Counted from the first letter of the stretch, positions 30,287-38,891 are shown. The stretch is DNA of 64,000 bases from an uncultured Acidimicrobiia bacterium (GCA_963752075.1 CAVVWO010000002.1:259993-323992); one strand, 5' to 3'. Made by a program: numbers and translations. Notes: generated from the letters alone by a model not told the origin.

Positions 30287-30639
30287 TGTTCGACCCGCAT
30301 GGAAGAGACAGCGCGCAGCTCCACGCTCACCCCGATGACCGGGAGCCGATAGGGAAGCTCCACCGTGACGCGAGCCAGCCGGCCGACCACCGATGGCCGC
30401 TCTACGGAGACGGCAACCGCCTCGGATCCCACGATGGACTGCACGGCGGCGATCGTCGCGTTCGGGTCCGGGGCGGTGGCCGCCACCCGCGCTCCCTCCC
30501 GAGCCGCATGCGTGAGCTCGAGCTGGACGCGGGCGACGGCCGTCACCTCGGCCAGGGCGAGGACGACCAAGATGAGCACCGGTAGCACCAGCGCGAACTC
30601 CACCACGGCCGACCCCCGTTCCCCGGCCCGCTCAACCAC
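30283..30639 (-). CDS. TadE/pseudopilin-like protein
   Basis: 118 aa. ERGSAVVEFALVLPVLILVVLAL is the TadE N-terminal motif. Confidence 0.65.
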   Translation of the reverse strand: MVERAGERGSAVVEFALVLPVLILVVLALAEVTAVARVQLELTHAAREGARVAATAPDPNATIAAVQSIVGSEAVAVSVERPSVVGRLARVTVELPYRLPVIGVSVELRAVSSMRVEQ

Positions 30640-30808
30640 CGGTCACAAATCCGATGACTTTGCTCAGGACCGAGCTGAACAAGCTCGTGACCAGATTGTC
30701 CGAGGCCATCCACCCAATCAGTGCCAGGGCGATGGCCCCGGCGGCCAGGATGACCAGAACGTATTCGACGGTTCCCTGACCGTCCTCTGTCCGAAGGATG
30801 TCGAGCAT
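30632..30808 (-). CDS. Flp-family / DUF4244-type pilin (58 aa), not in the ORF track
   Basis: Hand translation gives MLDILRTEDGQGTVEYVLVILAAGAIALALIGWMASDNLVTSLFSSVLSKVIGFVTGG*. It has the G-x4-EY prepilin motif followed by a hydrophobic helix. AAAGGAGAG lies 4 nt upstream of the ATG at 30808. It sits between the tadC-like and tadE-like genes. Confidence 0.7.
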   Translation of the reverse strand: MLDILRTEDGQGTVEYVLVILAAGAIALALIGWMASDNLVTSLFSSVLSKVIGFVTGG

Positions 30809-30867
30809 CCACTCTCCTTTCTCGTACCGACGTCCGGTCGGAGGCGGGGGGAAGGCGGATCTGAGCC

Positions 30868-31516
30868 TCAGGGCAGAGGAACCACCGGACCGAAGATGCT
30901 CCGAACGGTCGTGAGGACCGACGGACCGACGGTGAGCGCTACGAAGCCGGGAAGGATGAGCAAGGCGAGCGGGATGGTGAGCTTCACGGGCAGCTTGCGA
31001 GCTGCCTCCAAGGACCTCGCCCGGTCCTCCTGACGGCGTTCATCCACGAACGACGCCACTGCTCCGGCGATCGAGGCGCCCGTCGTCTGCGCTCGAGCCA
31101 GCAAGAGGTAGAACCGGGCGCCTCGGCCGCTACACCCTCCCAACGCTCGGGCGAGGCCGGACCTCCGAGCTTGCCTGAGCAAGCCTTCGAATCTCTGCCT
31201 CCAGCAGAGGGTGGACCTGCGAGGCGACCAGTTCGAGAGCGGCCGGAAGCGGCATCCCGGCCGTTACCGAGATCAACACACCGCGCGCCATGAGACCGAC
31301 GTCCTTTTCGGCCTGTTTGTGGGCCGACCGTCGCGCCAGTCGCCAACGGGCTCCGCGAGCGCCGGTCCAGCCGGCGAGCACCGCCAGGCCGGGGAGAGGG
31401 GCCAACACCATCCCACCCGATCCGAACGCGATCCACCAACGCTCTTTCGGCCGGAGCATCTCCGCCGCCAGGTAGGCCACCGCGCCGACCGCCACCGCGG
31501 TCAAGGGCCGGTTCAC
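30868..31516 (-). pseudogene. type II secretion system F-family (TadC-like) membrane protein; one frame change near 31170-31185
   Basis: GTG 31516 forms a GTGA overlap with the tadB stop and gives VNRPLTAVAVGAVAYLAAE...LISVTAGMPLPAALELVASQVHPLLEAEIRRLAQA (ORF 31130..31684 frame). This joins RRSGLARALGG...LPVKLTIPLALLILPGFVALTVGPSV (ORF 30868..31182). Confidence 0.6.
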
Positions 31517-32187
31517 GAGAGGGCGCTCTTGAGCATGAACACCACCACGGTCGATCCGGTCACGAGGAACCCGACACCGACCACCACGATGCCAAGGCCG
31601 ACCGGGGTCGCAACCAATTCGGCCAACCGCCCGGTCATCAGTTGAAAAGCGAGGTAACCGGCCGGAAGACCGCCAACGATCCACGCCGAAATCCGGGCCT
31701 GGGCGGTGGCTGCGCGGGTCTCGCGCCGCATCTCACGGTCTTCGGTTGACACTTGTGCAAGGTTCTCGAACACCGCAGCCACCTGGCCACCCGTCCGGCC
31801 CGCCGTACGCAGGGCGGTGGCGGCGACCCTCCCCTGCTCAGGCAACCCTCCGACCAGAGCCTCGGCCACGAGGTCGAGCGAAGCGCCCACCGACGCCAAC
31901 CGCTTCACTCGCTCCAGGGGCAGGTCGGGCGTCCGATCGGTGGCCAACGAGAGCGCACCGCGCAAACCGGCGCCCGCCCGCAACTCCATCGCCACAGCGT
32001 GAAGGTAGACGCTCTCCAGCTGGTCAGGATCAGGCGTTGCTCGCTTGGCGATCGCCCCGGCCGAGGCCAGGGCCGGCACACACCACCACGGTCGCACGAC
32101 CGCCAACAGAAGCATGATCGCCGCCACTGGAGGAGGGCGACTCGCCAGCGCACCGGCCACGACGATGACCGCCATCACCATGCCCAC
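31513..32187 (-). CDS. type II secretion system F-family (TadB-like) membrane protein
   Basis: 224 aa with N- and C-terminal TM pairs flanking a cytoplasmic helical domain. Position is between tadA and tadC. Confidence 0.6.
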   Translation of the reverse strand: MGMVMAVIVVAGALASRPPPVAAIMLLLAVVRPWWCVPALASAGAIAKRATPDPDQLESVYLHAVAMELRAGAGLRGALSLATDRTPDLPLERVKRLASVGASLDLVAEALVGGLPEQGRVAATALRTAGRTGGQVAAVFENLAQVSTEDREMRRETRAATAQARISAWIVGGLPAGYLAFQLMTGRLAELVATPVGLGIVVVGVGFLVTGSTVVVFMLKSALS

Positions 32188-33272
32188 ACCTCGGTTACCT
32201 CGCCGTGATCGACGCTCGCGATCGAAACAACCCGCCGGACTCCGCTCCGACGCTCGACCTGAACGACGAAGTCAACCGCCGCTCGGAGCTGGCGACGAAC
32301 CGCCTTCTCACCGACTCTGCGCTCTCCGGACATCGCCAACGTTTCGAGTCGCCACAGGGCTTCCCGGGGGCTGTTGGCATGGACCGTGCTCATCGAACCG
32401 TCGTGGCCCGTATTGAGGGCGGCGATCATGTCCAGTGCCTCGGGACCCCTCACCTCGCCGACGATGATCCGGTCCGGGCGAAGGCGGAGGGCGGAACGGA
32501 CCAATTGTTGGAGCGTCACTTCACCGGCGCCTTCCGCGTTGGGCGGGCGAGCCTCGAGCCGGACGACGTGCCCCGCCAGGGTGAGTTCCGCAGCGTCTTC
32601 GACGGTCACTACCCGCTCCGAAGTCGGAATGCGGGTGGACAACACGTTGAGCAGCGTGGTCTTGCCGGCCCCCGTTCCACCCGACACGATCAGATTGCGA
32701 CGGTCGACCACCGCCGCCGCCAGCATCTCTGCCCCCGCCGCGTTGATCCCTCCGGCGGCAACGAGCTCATCCAACGTACCAACGGCCTGGGTGAACCGGC
32801 GGATAGCCACCACCGGCCCGTCGACGGCCACGGGAGGGATGGCGGCATGGAGACGGCTCCCGTCCGGCAAGCGGGCATCCACCATCGGCGACGCCCTATC
32901 GACCCGCAGCCCCAACGGAGCCAGCACCCGTTCGACGGCGGCGATGACCGCCAGGTCATCGTGGAAGGAAACGCCGGCATCCTGAAGTCGACCGGACCGT
33001 TCCACCCACACCTGGCGACACCCGTTGACCAGGACGTCGGACACCATCGGATCCCTCAGAAGCCGTTCCAGCGGTCCAAGCCCGACCAGGGCGTCGACGG
33101 CTGCCAGGGCAGCTCCGGGTGCGGCCAGAGGAGCCTCTTCGGCAACGATTCGTTCGGCGGCTTCCAGAAGGACGCCACGCTCGAAAGGTAGGTCGGCGTC
33201 GAGAAGCCGATCGATGACCCGGTCTACGCTCACCAGGGCATCTCCCATACGGACTTCCATGCCCTGATCCAC
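32175..33272 (-). CDS. TadA/CpaF-type secretion ATPase
   Basis: 365 aa. Walker A is SGGTGAGKTTLLN, Walker B is RIIVGEVRG, and the His box is GHDGSMSTVHAN. Confidence 0.85.
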   Translation of the reverse strand: MDQGMEVRMGDALVSVDRVIDRLLDADLPFERGVLLEAAERIVAEEAPLAAPGAALAAVDALVGLGPLERLLRDPMVSDVLVNGCRQVWVERSGRLQDAGVSFHDDLAVIAAVERVLAPLGLRVDRASPMVDARLPDGSRLHAAIPPVAVDGPVVAIRRFTQAVGTLDELVAAGGINAAGAEMLAAAVVDRRNLIVSGGTGAGKTTLLNVLSTRIPTSERVVTVEDAAELTLAGHVVRLEARPPNAEGAGEVTLQQLVRSALRLRPDRIIVGEVRGPEALDMIAALNTGHDGSMSTVHANSPREALWRLETLAMSGERRVGEKAVRRQLRAAVDFVVQVERRSGVRRVVSIASVDHGEVTEVWAW

Positions 33273-33775
33273 CGGCTCTTGGGCCGGCTCGTACCTCGGA
33301 GGAGACTCCCCAACAGCGACCTTCCGAGGCGGGGAAGGGTCACTCCTGGCGCACGTGGCGACACTGCGAGGCCGGTCGGTTGGCGGACCGCGGGGGCGTC
33401 CCAGGCGACGTGAAGGGAACCGGGGAAGAGCGGAACCACGGGCACCACGCCTGACCGGTCCGGGTGCGGTCGGCCGGTCGGCAGTCGCAGCACCAGGTTG
33501 GGCCAGCCTTCGGCCAGCGCTGAGACGACTTCATCGGCAGCCTCCACCGTGATCCCACCGTTGCGGAGGACTGCCATGCCGGGCCGTTGGGGAGAGAGAT
33601 CCGAACGCCGGGGCCCGTGCGCCACCAGATCCGCCAGGGACACGGTCCCCGGGTAGGACGGGCCGGAGGGGTCGAGGTCCACTACCAGCGCGGTCCCGGC
33701 CGAAGCAGCCAGGCCGAGCGGCGCCACGCACGCCAAGACACCGTCGTGTGGGGTCCACACGGATAACGTCGTCAT
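33230..33775 (-). CDS. CpaE/Ssd-like (degenerate ParA-fold) protein, first gene of the tad-like operon
   Basis: 181 aa. LGLAASAGTALVVDLDPSG resembles a MinD/ParA-type beta1-loop without an intact P-loop lysine. Position and orientation match the Rv3660c-type gene of this neighbourhood. Confidence 0.45.
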   Translation of the reverse strand: MTTLSVWTPHDGVLACVAPLGLAASAGTALVVDLDPSGPSYPGTVSLADLVAHGPRRSDLSPQRPGMAVLRNGGITVEAADEVVSALAEGWPNLVLRLPTGRPHPDRSGVVPVVPLFPGSLHVAWDAPAVRQPTGLAVSPRAPGVTLPRLGRSLLGSLLRGTSRPKSRWIRAWKSVWEMPW

Positions 33776-33995
33776 CGCACTGCTCCTTTCGGGTCGGTGG
33801 AGGCAACATATGGGACTCGGCTACCCGCGACAAGGTCTTGTCAGACGGTCCGTTCTGCGCGATAAGGGAGGGTTCCCACGCCTCTCGAAATGGCCGGTTC
33901 CGGCCATGGGACGGCCGGAACAGCCGCCTGCCGACGACGTACGATCACGTGGGTGACGAGAACGACTCGTCCAAGAACCGACAACAGGGTGGGAC

Positions 33996-34253
33996 ATGGC
34001 CATGGCAGGATTCGGAATACTCGTTGGACTCATCGGTCTCTCGCTGATCGGCCTCATGTTGGCCGCGCTCATCAGCGTGGCGAAGGCGACCGACGACGAG
34101 ATGACGCAGGCTGGTTTCAACCGGTATGTCTGGTTGGCCATCATCGTGGTCTTGCCCGTGATCGGGTCGATCGCCTACTTCGTGGTCGCCCATCCCAAAC
34201 TGCAAGCGGGAAACGGCGAGAATCGCTCCGTTCCTGCCGTGGTCTCGAAGTAG
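33996..34253 (+). CDS. PLDc_N-type small membrane protein (copy 1)
   Basis: 85 aa with two TM helices. The conserved core FNRYVWLAIIVVLPVIGSIAYFVV is typical of the 'PLD nuclease N-terminal' mini-protein family. Confidence 0.6.
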   Translation: MAMAGFGILVGLIGLSLIGLMLAALISVAKATDDEMTQAGFNRYVWLAIIVVLPVIGSIAYFVVAHPKLQAGNGENRSVPAVVSK

Positions 34254-34262
34254 GAGCAGACC

Positions 34263-34520
34263 ATGTCCGTAGGAGTCGTCGAACTGTTGGTCCTGCTGTT
34301 GGCAGGGGCACCGATCGTCCTCATGCTCATGGCTCTCATCGACCTCTCGCAGGCCTCGGACGAGCAGATGATTCAGGCGGGATTCAACCGGTATGTCTGG
34401 TTGGCCATCATCGTGGTACTGCCAATGATCGGCTCGATTGCCTACTTCGTCGTGGCCCGCCACAAGATACGAGGGGCAGGCGCCCCGAAGGCCGATTCGC
34501 TACCGGCCGGCAAGCACTGA
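34263..34520 (+). CDS. PLDc_N-type small membrane protein (copy 2)
   Basis: 85 aa with the same architecture and core FNRYVWLAIIVVLPMIGSIAYFVV. It lies 9 nt after copy 1. Confidence 0.6.
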   Translation: MSVGVVELLVLLLAGAPIVLMLMALIDLSQASDEQMIQAGFNRYVWLAIIVVLPMIGSIAYFVVARHKIRGAGAPKADSLPAGKH

Positions 34521-34530
34521 CCAGGGAGGC

Positions 34531-35133
34531 TCAGTTGAGCAGGCCCAGCTGAGCTGCCCGTTTCAGGGCCTCGGCTCGGCCTCCGACTCCCATTTTCAGA
34601 TACACGTTCTGAAGCTTTCGGCGGACGGTACGCTCGGCCAGGAAGCCTGACTCCGCCAGCTCCACCACCGTCGACCCCTCCGACAGCTTCTGGAGCATCT
34701 CCAACTCAGAAGGATCGAGCCTGGCGGCCGCCTGCTGTTTGCCCACCACCTGACGGGCCATCGCACGCGCCGCTTCGGCGGGCAGGACGATCTCACCTGC
34801 CAGGGCAGCAGTCGCCACCACCAGGATCGTTTCCGGATCGGCGTCGACGTGAGCTACACCAGACACTCCCACCGACAACGCCCGCGCGTAGGTCGCCACA
34901 TCGAGATCGGCGATCAGGGCAACGGCCGTCAGCAGCGGACGGGCGACGAGGCTCGCGAGACGCTCCCAATCGGCGTCGTTGAACACCGCCAATAGGAAGA
35001 CCCCGCCCGGCCCATCCCCCAGTTCATCGGGACTCACAAAGACAAATCGCTCGGAATCGACCCTGCTCTCCAACCCGCGCACGAAGGACCGCGAAGGATG
35101 CACCACAGTCAGTCGAATCGTCACGGGCGTCAC
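34531..35133 (-). CDS. LuxR-family HTH regulator with degenerate receiver-like N-terminal domain
   Basis: 200 aa. The C-terminal LuxR HTH is LSEGSTVVELAESGFLAERTVRRKLQNVYLKMGV. The N-terminal alpha/beta domain lacks an obvious phospho-acceptor Asp context. Confidence 0.65.
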   Translation of the reverse strand: MTPVTIRLTVVHPSRSFVRGLESRVDSERFVFVSPDELGDGPGGVFLLAVFNDADWERLASLVARPLLTAVALIADLDVATYARALSVGVSGVAHVDADPETILVVATAALAGEIVLPAEAARAMARQVVGKQQAAARLDPSELEMLQKLSEGSTVVELAESGFLAERTVRRKLQNVYLKMGVGGRAEALKRAAQLGLLN

Positions 35134-35195
35134 GCTAGCGGGGACATCGACGGTTGGGTCTCAGCCAAACGCGCCTCAGCACGTAGAATGAACCC

Positions 35196-35999
35196 ATGCA
35201 GCCATCCAACGGCCTGGGAGCGGCCTTCTTCGACCTCGACAAGACGGTCATCGCCAAATCGTCGACTCTGGCATTCGGGCGCCCCCTCTACAAGGCCGGA
35301 TTTCTGAATCGCCGGGCCTTGTTGCAGGCCGGCATCGGTCAACTCGTCTACTCGATGGTCGGGGCTGATCACGATCAACTCGAGAAGGTTCGCGAGCAGC
35401 TCACCGCCCTCACGGTCGGCTGGGATCAGCGTGAGATCGAAGAACTCGTGGCGGAGACCGTCCACGACATCGTCACCCCGCTCGTGTTCGAGGAAGCCCT
35501 CAACATCATCGCCGAACACCGCCGCGCCGGTCGCCGCGTCATCGTCATTTCCTCCAGTCCGTACGAGGTCGTCAAGCCGCTGGCCGAGTTCCTCGGGATC
35601 GAGGAAGTGATCGCCACCCGCTCGAAGATCGGGCCGGACGGTAAATACACCGGAGAACTGGACTTCTACGCCTACGCAGAGGGCAAAGCCGAGGCCATGG
35701 TTGCCATGGCCGAGCGAGATGGTCTCTCCCTGGCGGACTCGTACGCCTACTCCGACTCGATGACCGATCGCCCCATGCTGGAGGTGGTCGGCCACCCGGT
35801 GGTCGTCAATCCCGACAAAGAGCTTCGGGAGCTGGCCAAGGAACGCGACTGGCAGGTGATGGAGTTCGCCAATCCGGTCAGCCTCCGCAACCGACTCGCC
35901 GAACTACCCGCGCCCGACCCCGTCGTCACCGGCGCCGTTGCGGGAATCCTGGGAGCAGCCATCGTCTTCTTCGCCATGCGATCGCGACGCCGAGCATGA
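35196..35999 (+). CDS. HAD-IB family hydrolase with C-terminal membrane anchor (Rv3661-type)
   Basis: 267 aa. HAD motif I is AAFFDLDKTVI, motif II is VISSS and motif IV is AYSDSMTDRPML. The C-terminal hydrophobic tail is AVAGILGAAIVFFAM. Confidence 0.7.
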   Translation: MQPSNGLGAAFFDLDKTVIAKSSTLAFGRPLYKAGFLNRRALLQAGIGQLVYSMVGADHDQLEKVREQLTALTVGWDQREIEELVAETVHDIVTPLVFEEALNIIAEHRRAGRRVIVISSSPYEVVKPLAEFLGIEEVIATRSKIGPDGKYTGELDFYAYAEGKAEAMVAMAERDGLSLADSYAYSDSMTDRPMLEVVGHPVVVNPDKELRELAKERDWQVMEFANPVSLRNRLAELPAPDPVVTGAVAGILGAAIVFFAMRSRRRA

Positions 36000-37069
36000 C
36001 CGGAGCCCTCACCGAGGGCGGCCGGATCGTCCTCACCGATATTGCTCCTCGTTCCTGGGAGCATCCCTCCGACCGGGCCGCCCTTGCCGCTCTCCGGAAG
36101 GTTCCCGGGTTCGACCTCGTGCTCCGCAAGCTCTTCGGTGTGGTTGGAGAACGAAGCCTCCGGCTCTTCCATCAGGCCAACGCGGTGAGGGTCGGCGAGG
36201 ATCAGTTCGGACACCTTTGGGAGCGTTACCTCGAGTGCTGCGCCGTACTCGACGTCGACGAGATCCCTGAACTCTACGTCTCCCAGGCACCACTCCTCAA
36301 CGCCCGCACGATCGGTCTCGACAACCCGTTCATCGTCTTCGACTCGTCGACGCTCGAGATCCTCGACGACGAGGAGCTCCATTTCGTGCTGGGCCACGAG
36401 CTTGCCCACGTGGTGTCCGGTCATGCCCTCTACAAGACCATGCTGGGCCTCCTGCTCCAGCTCTCCATCGTGCGTCTCGGGCTGCCGTTCACGCAGCTCA
36501 CCCTCATCTCGCTGATCATGGCGCTGCGAGAGTGGGATCGGAAATCCGAGCTGTCCGCCGACCGAGCCGGACTCCTCTGCGTCCAGAATCCCGAGGCCGG
36601 CTACCGGGCGCACATGAAGATGGCCGGAGGGACTCGGGTCGATGAGATGAATCTCGAAGCATTCAAGACCCAGGCCCGTGCCTACGAGACAGAAGGCACC
36701 GTCACCGACTCCTTCTTCAAGGTCCTCAACAGCCGCTTCTCCTCACACCCGTTCGCGGTCAGCCGACTCGCCGAGGCGTTGCGCTTTGTCGAAGGGGGCG
36801 ACTACGTACCGATCCTCGCCGGCACCTATCCGACGATGGACGACGAAGACAACGACAAGGTCCGCTCCGATGTCCGGACGGCCATCGCCGCCTACCGGGA
36901 GAGCCTCGCCGAGTCCGACGACCCTCTCGCCAAGATCATGTCGGACTGGTCTGATCGGGCTGCCGACGCCGCCACCTCGGCCAAGGACCGATTCCGACGT
37001 GCGAAGGCCAGTGACGACCTCGAGGACTACGCCTGGACCGGCTTCGACGACGACCTGTTCGAGGAGTGA
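35996..37069 (+). CDS. M48-family zinc metallopeptidase
   Basis: 357 aa with HELAHVVSGH (HExxH) and a downstream ELSADRAG. It has an ATGA overlap with the HAD gene. Confidence 0.75.
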   Translation: MTGALTEGGRIVLTDIAPRSWEHPSDRAALAALRKVPGFDLVLRKLFGVVGERSLRLFHQANAVRVGEDQFGHLWERYLECCAVLDVDEIPELYVSQAPLLNARTIGLDNPFIVFDSSTLEILDDEELHFVLGHELAHVVSGHALYKTMLGLLLQLSIVRLGLPFTQLTLISLIMALREWDRKSELSADRAGLLCVQNPEAGYRAHMKMAGGTRVDEMNLEAFKTQARAYETEGTVTDSFFKVLNSRFSSHPFAVSRLAEALRFVEGGDYVPILAGTYPTMDDEDNDKVRSDVRTAIAAYRESLAESDDPLAKIMSDWSDRAADAATSAKDRFRRAKASDDLEDYAWTGFDDDLFEE

Positions 37070-37076
37070 GTGGGCT

Positions 37077-37844
37077 TCAGAACGCCCACGTCGTGTCCGC
37101 CACGATGAGCACGACCACTCCGTAGGCGGCGTGCAACGCCACCGCTGCTGCCACGTAGGGAATCGCTCCTCGCAACGCCGGCGCCGTGCCGTTGGTGTCG
37201 GTCGTGTGCCAGACCTTGGCCGCTCCCCAGCCCGACACGAGTGCCGTGACTGCGTGCAGCACCATCGCCACCAAGAGTCGGATCGGTGAGTAGGAGAGCC
37301 CGAGCAAGAGCGGTCCGAGGGTGACGAGGGCATAGAGCATCATGCCGAACCCGAGCCCTCCGATCACGTGGGCACTGATCAGGGACGCTCGGTCGGGGAT
37401 GAGCCACGGCCGCCCTTCCACCACTGCCAGTCCGACCGCCGGTTTGAGGACCTCGAGTACGAGCGGAAGCAGCACCGTGGCGGCGATGGCTCGAAAGAAG
37501 GGAGCACCGCTGATCTGCAGGATGATCAGACCTACGAGAGGAAGCGGAACCATGGCGGTGGCGATCAACCCCAACATCAATCCCTGCCTGGTGCCCGAGG
37601 CCTCCGCTCGGCGGCGGTGGTAGAGAGTGCCATAGGTAGCCAATCCGTCGGCCGTGAGTAACTGATCGGCCGACGTCAGGGCCGGCTCGTCGCCAATCGC
37701 TGCGTAAGGAAGGTCCGAATCCGCAGCTCCGGACCCGAGCGCCGGTTGGTCGCGTACATCGTCATAGCCCCACTGAAGGTTGGCTCCCCCGAGGGCGGGC
37801 TCGTGTTCCAAGCTCTCATCGCGGAGACGGCGGTCGTGGTCCAC
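37077..37844 (-). CDS. polytopic membrane protein of unknown function
   Basis: 255 aa with an acidic N-terminal about 85 aa followed by about 5 TM helices. Only weak resemblance to intramembrane-protease motifs (LEVLK...H), which is not enough to assign a family. It lies 5 nt downstream of the TM-YbjQ gene. Confidence 0.5.
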   Translation of the reverse strand: MDHDRRLRDESLEHEPALGGANLQWGYDDVRDQPALGSGAADSDLPYAAIGDEPALTSADQLLTADGLATYGTLYHRRRAEASGTRQGLMLGLIATAMVPLPLVGLIILQISGAPFFRAIAATVLLPLVLEVLKPAVGLAVVEGRPWLIPDRASLISAHVIGGLGFGMMLYALVTLGPLLLGLSYSPIRLLVAMVLHAVTALVSGWGAAKVWHTTDTNGTAPALRGAIPYVAAAVALHAAYGVVVLIVADTTWAF

Positions 37845-37849
37845 GGAGG

Positions 37850-38323
37850 TCAGCCCGGGAGAACGGCGGTGCCGTAACAGAGCACCTCACTCATGGCGGC
37901 ACCCCGGGACTGGTTGGTGGCAGAACCGATCTGCGACGTTTCGTATCGCACGTTCATCACCCCGACCGCTCCCTGCCGGACCGCTTCCTCGACCATCCGC
38001 AGCCGAGCCTCACGGCGGGCTCGATCCATGAGGGTGGCGAAGGATTTGAGCTCGCCCCCGAAGAGGTTCTTGATGCTCGCCACGAAGGTCTTGAGGTAGT
38101 CCGTCGCCACGACCATCTGTCCGATGACCAGCGTGCCGCCTCCGGCCGCGTCGAAGCCGACCGGCGTCTTCAGGTCGGTGACCAGGAAGCCGGCGTATTG
38201 CTTCTCGCGCCGTTCGATGTCCTCGTAGTGCTTGGCTTCGTTGTGGCGCCCAAAGAAGAACCCGACGGCCAGCAGGCCGATCGGAATCGCCAGATAGAAG
38301 AGCGGCACCAAAAGATCGCCCAT
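37850..38323 (-). CDS. YbjQ/UPF0145-domain protein with N-terminal TM anchor
   Basis: 157 aa. The TM helix is LVPLFYLAIPIGLLAVGFFF and the YbjQ-like core is KNLFGGELKSFATLMDRARREARLRMVEEAVRQGAVGVMNVRYETS...YGTAV. Confidence 0.6.
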   Translation of the reverse strand: MGDLLVPLFYLAIPIGLLAVGFFFGRHNEAKHYEDIERREKQYAGFLVTDLKTPVGFDAAGGGTLVIGQMVVATDYLKTFVASIKNLFGGELKSFATLMDRARREARLRMVEEAVRQGAVGVMNVRYETSQIGSATNQSRGAAMSEVLCYGTAVLPG

Positions 38324-38326
38324 GAT

Positions 38327-38809
38327 CTAGAACGGACTCGCTGGAGTGTCACCACCAGCCGACGGAGTCGGAGGAGGGGTGCCCGCCGTCTGCGCTGGAG
38401 CCGGGGCGGGTTGGACAGGAGCGGCTTGGACAGGGGCAGCCTGGGCAGGAGCAGCCTGGGCCTGGGGCGCGGCAACGGCAGCCTGGCCGGCGGTCGGCTG
38501 AACCATCACCGCAGTGCCGTAGGCGTAGAGTTCGGCGGCGCCGGCCGCGACCGAAGAGGTGGTGAATCGAACGTTGACCACCGCATTGGCCCCGAGTTGC
38601 CGAGCCTGCCCGAGCATCCGATCGAGGGCCTCGCGCCGGGATTCGGTGAGGAGTTCTGTATAACCGGTCAGCTCGCCACCGACCAGGTTCTTCAAACCGG
38701 CGACCGAATCGCGCCCGAGGTGCTTGGCCCTGATCGTATTGCCTTGCACGAGGCCCTTCACCTGCACGATGTCGTGGCCGGGGATGGTCTCGGTGTTGAC
38801 GACGATCAT
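38327..38809 (-). CDS. YbjQ/UPF0145-domain protein with Pro/Ala/Gln-rich C-terminal tail
   Basis: 160 aa. The YbjQ core is IPGHDIVQVKGLVQGNTIRAKHLGRDSVAGLKNLVGGELTGYTELLTESRREALDRMLGQARQLGANAVVNVRF...YGTAV, followed by a low-complexity tail of about 55 aa. Confidence 0.65.
   Translation of the reverse strand: MIVVNTETIPGHDIVQVKGLVQGNTIRAKHLGRDSVAGLKNLVGGELTGYTELLTESRREALDRMLGQARQLGANAVVNVRFTTSSVAAGAAELYAYGTAVMVQPTAGQAAVAAPQAQAAPAQAAPVQAAPVQPAPAPAQTAGTPPPTPSAGGDTPASPF
38410..38469 (-). repeat. four imperfect 15-nt tandem units inside the YbjQ tail (coding)
   Basis: On the + strand the units read GTTGGACAGGAGCGG / CTTGGACAGGGGCAG / CCTGGGCAGGAGCAG / CCTGGGCCTGGGGCG. They encode the (A/V)QAAP-type repeats. 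Confidence 0.5.
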
Positions 38810-38891
38810 TCTTCACTCCTGCGGTCGGCTGCGCTCAGGATACCGGGCCTCTCGGCATTGTCCAGGGTCTCTCCGTCGAGCAGGAGACCGG

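Larger units (their letters stand above)
33996..34520 (+). repeat. tandem gene duplication (period 267 nt)
   Basis: The two 258-nt genes are paralogous throughout. A 35-nt block TTCAACCGGTATGTCTGGTTGGCCATCATCGTGGT is identical at 34116-34150 and 34383-34417. Confidence 0.8.

Noticed and set aside
38330-38497. Short tandem repeats as a possible CRISPR array or VNTR locus
   Set aside because: The units are 15 nt, imperfect and contiguous with no spacers. They lie in frame inside a coding low-complexity tail (AQAAP/VQAAP).
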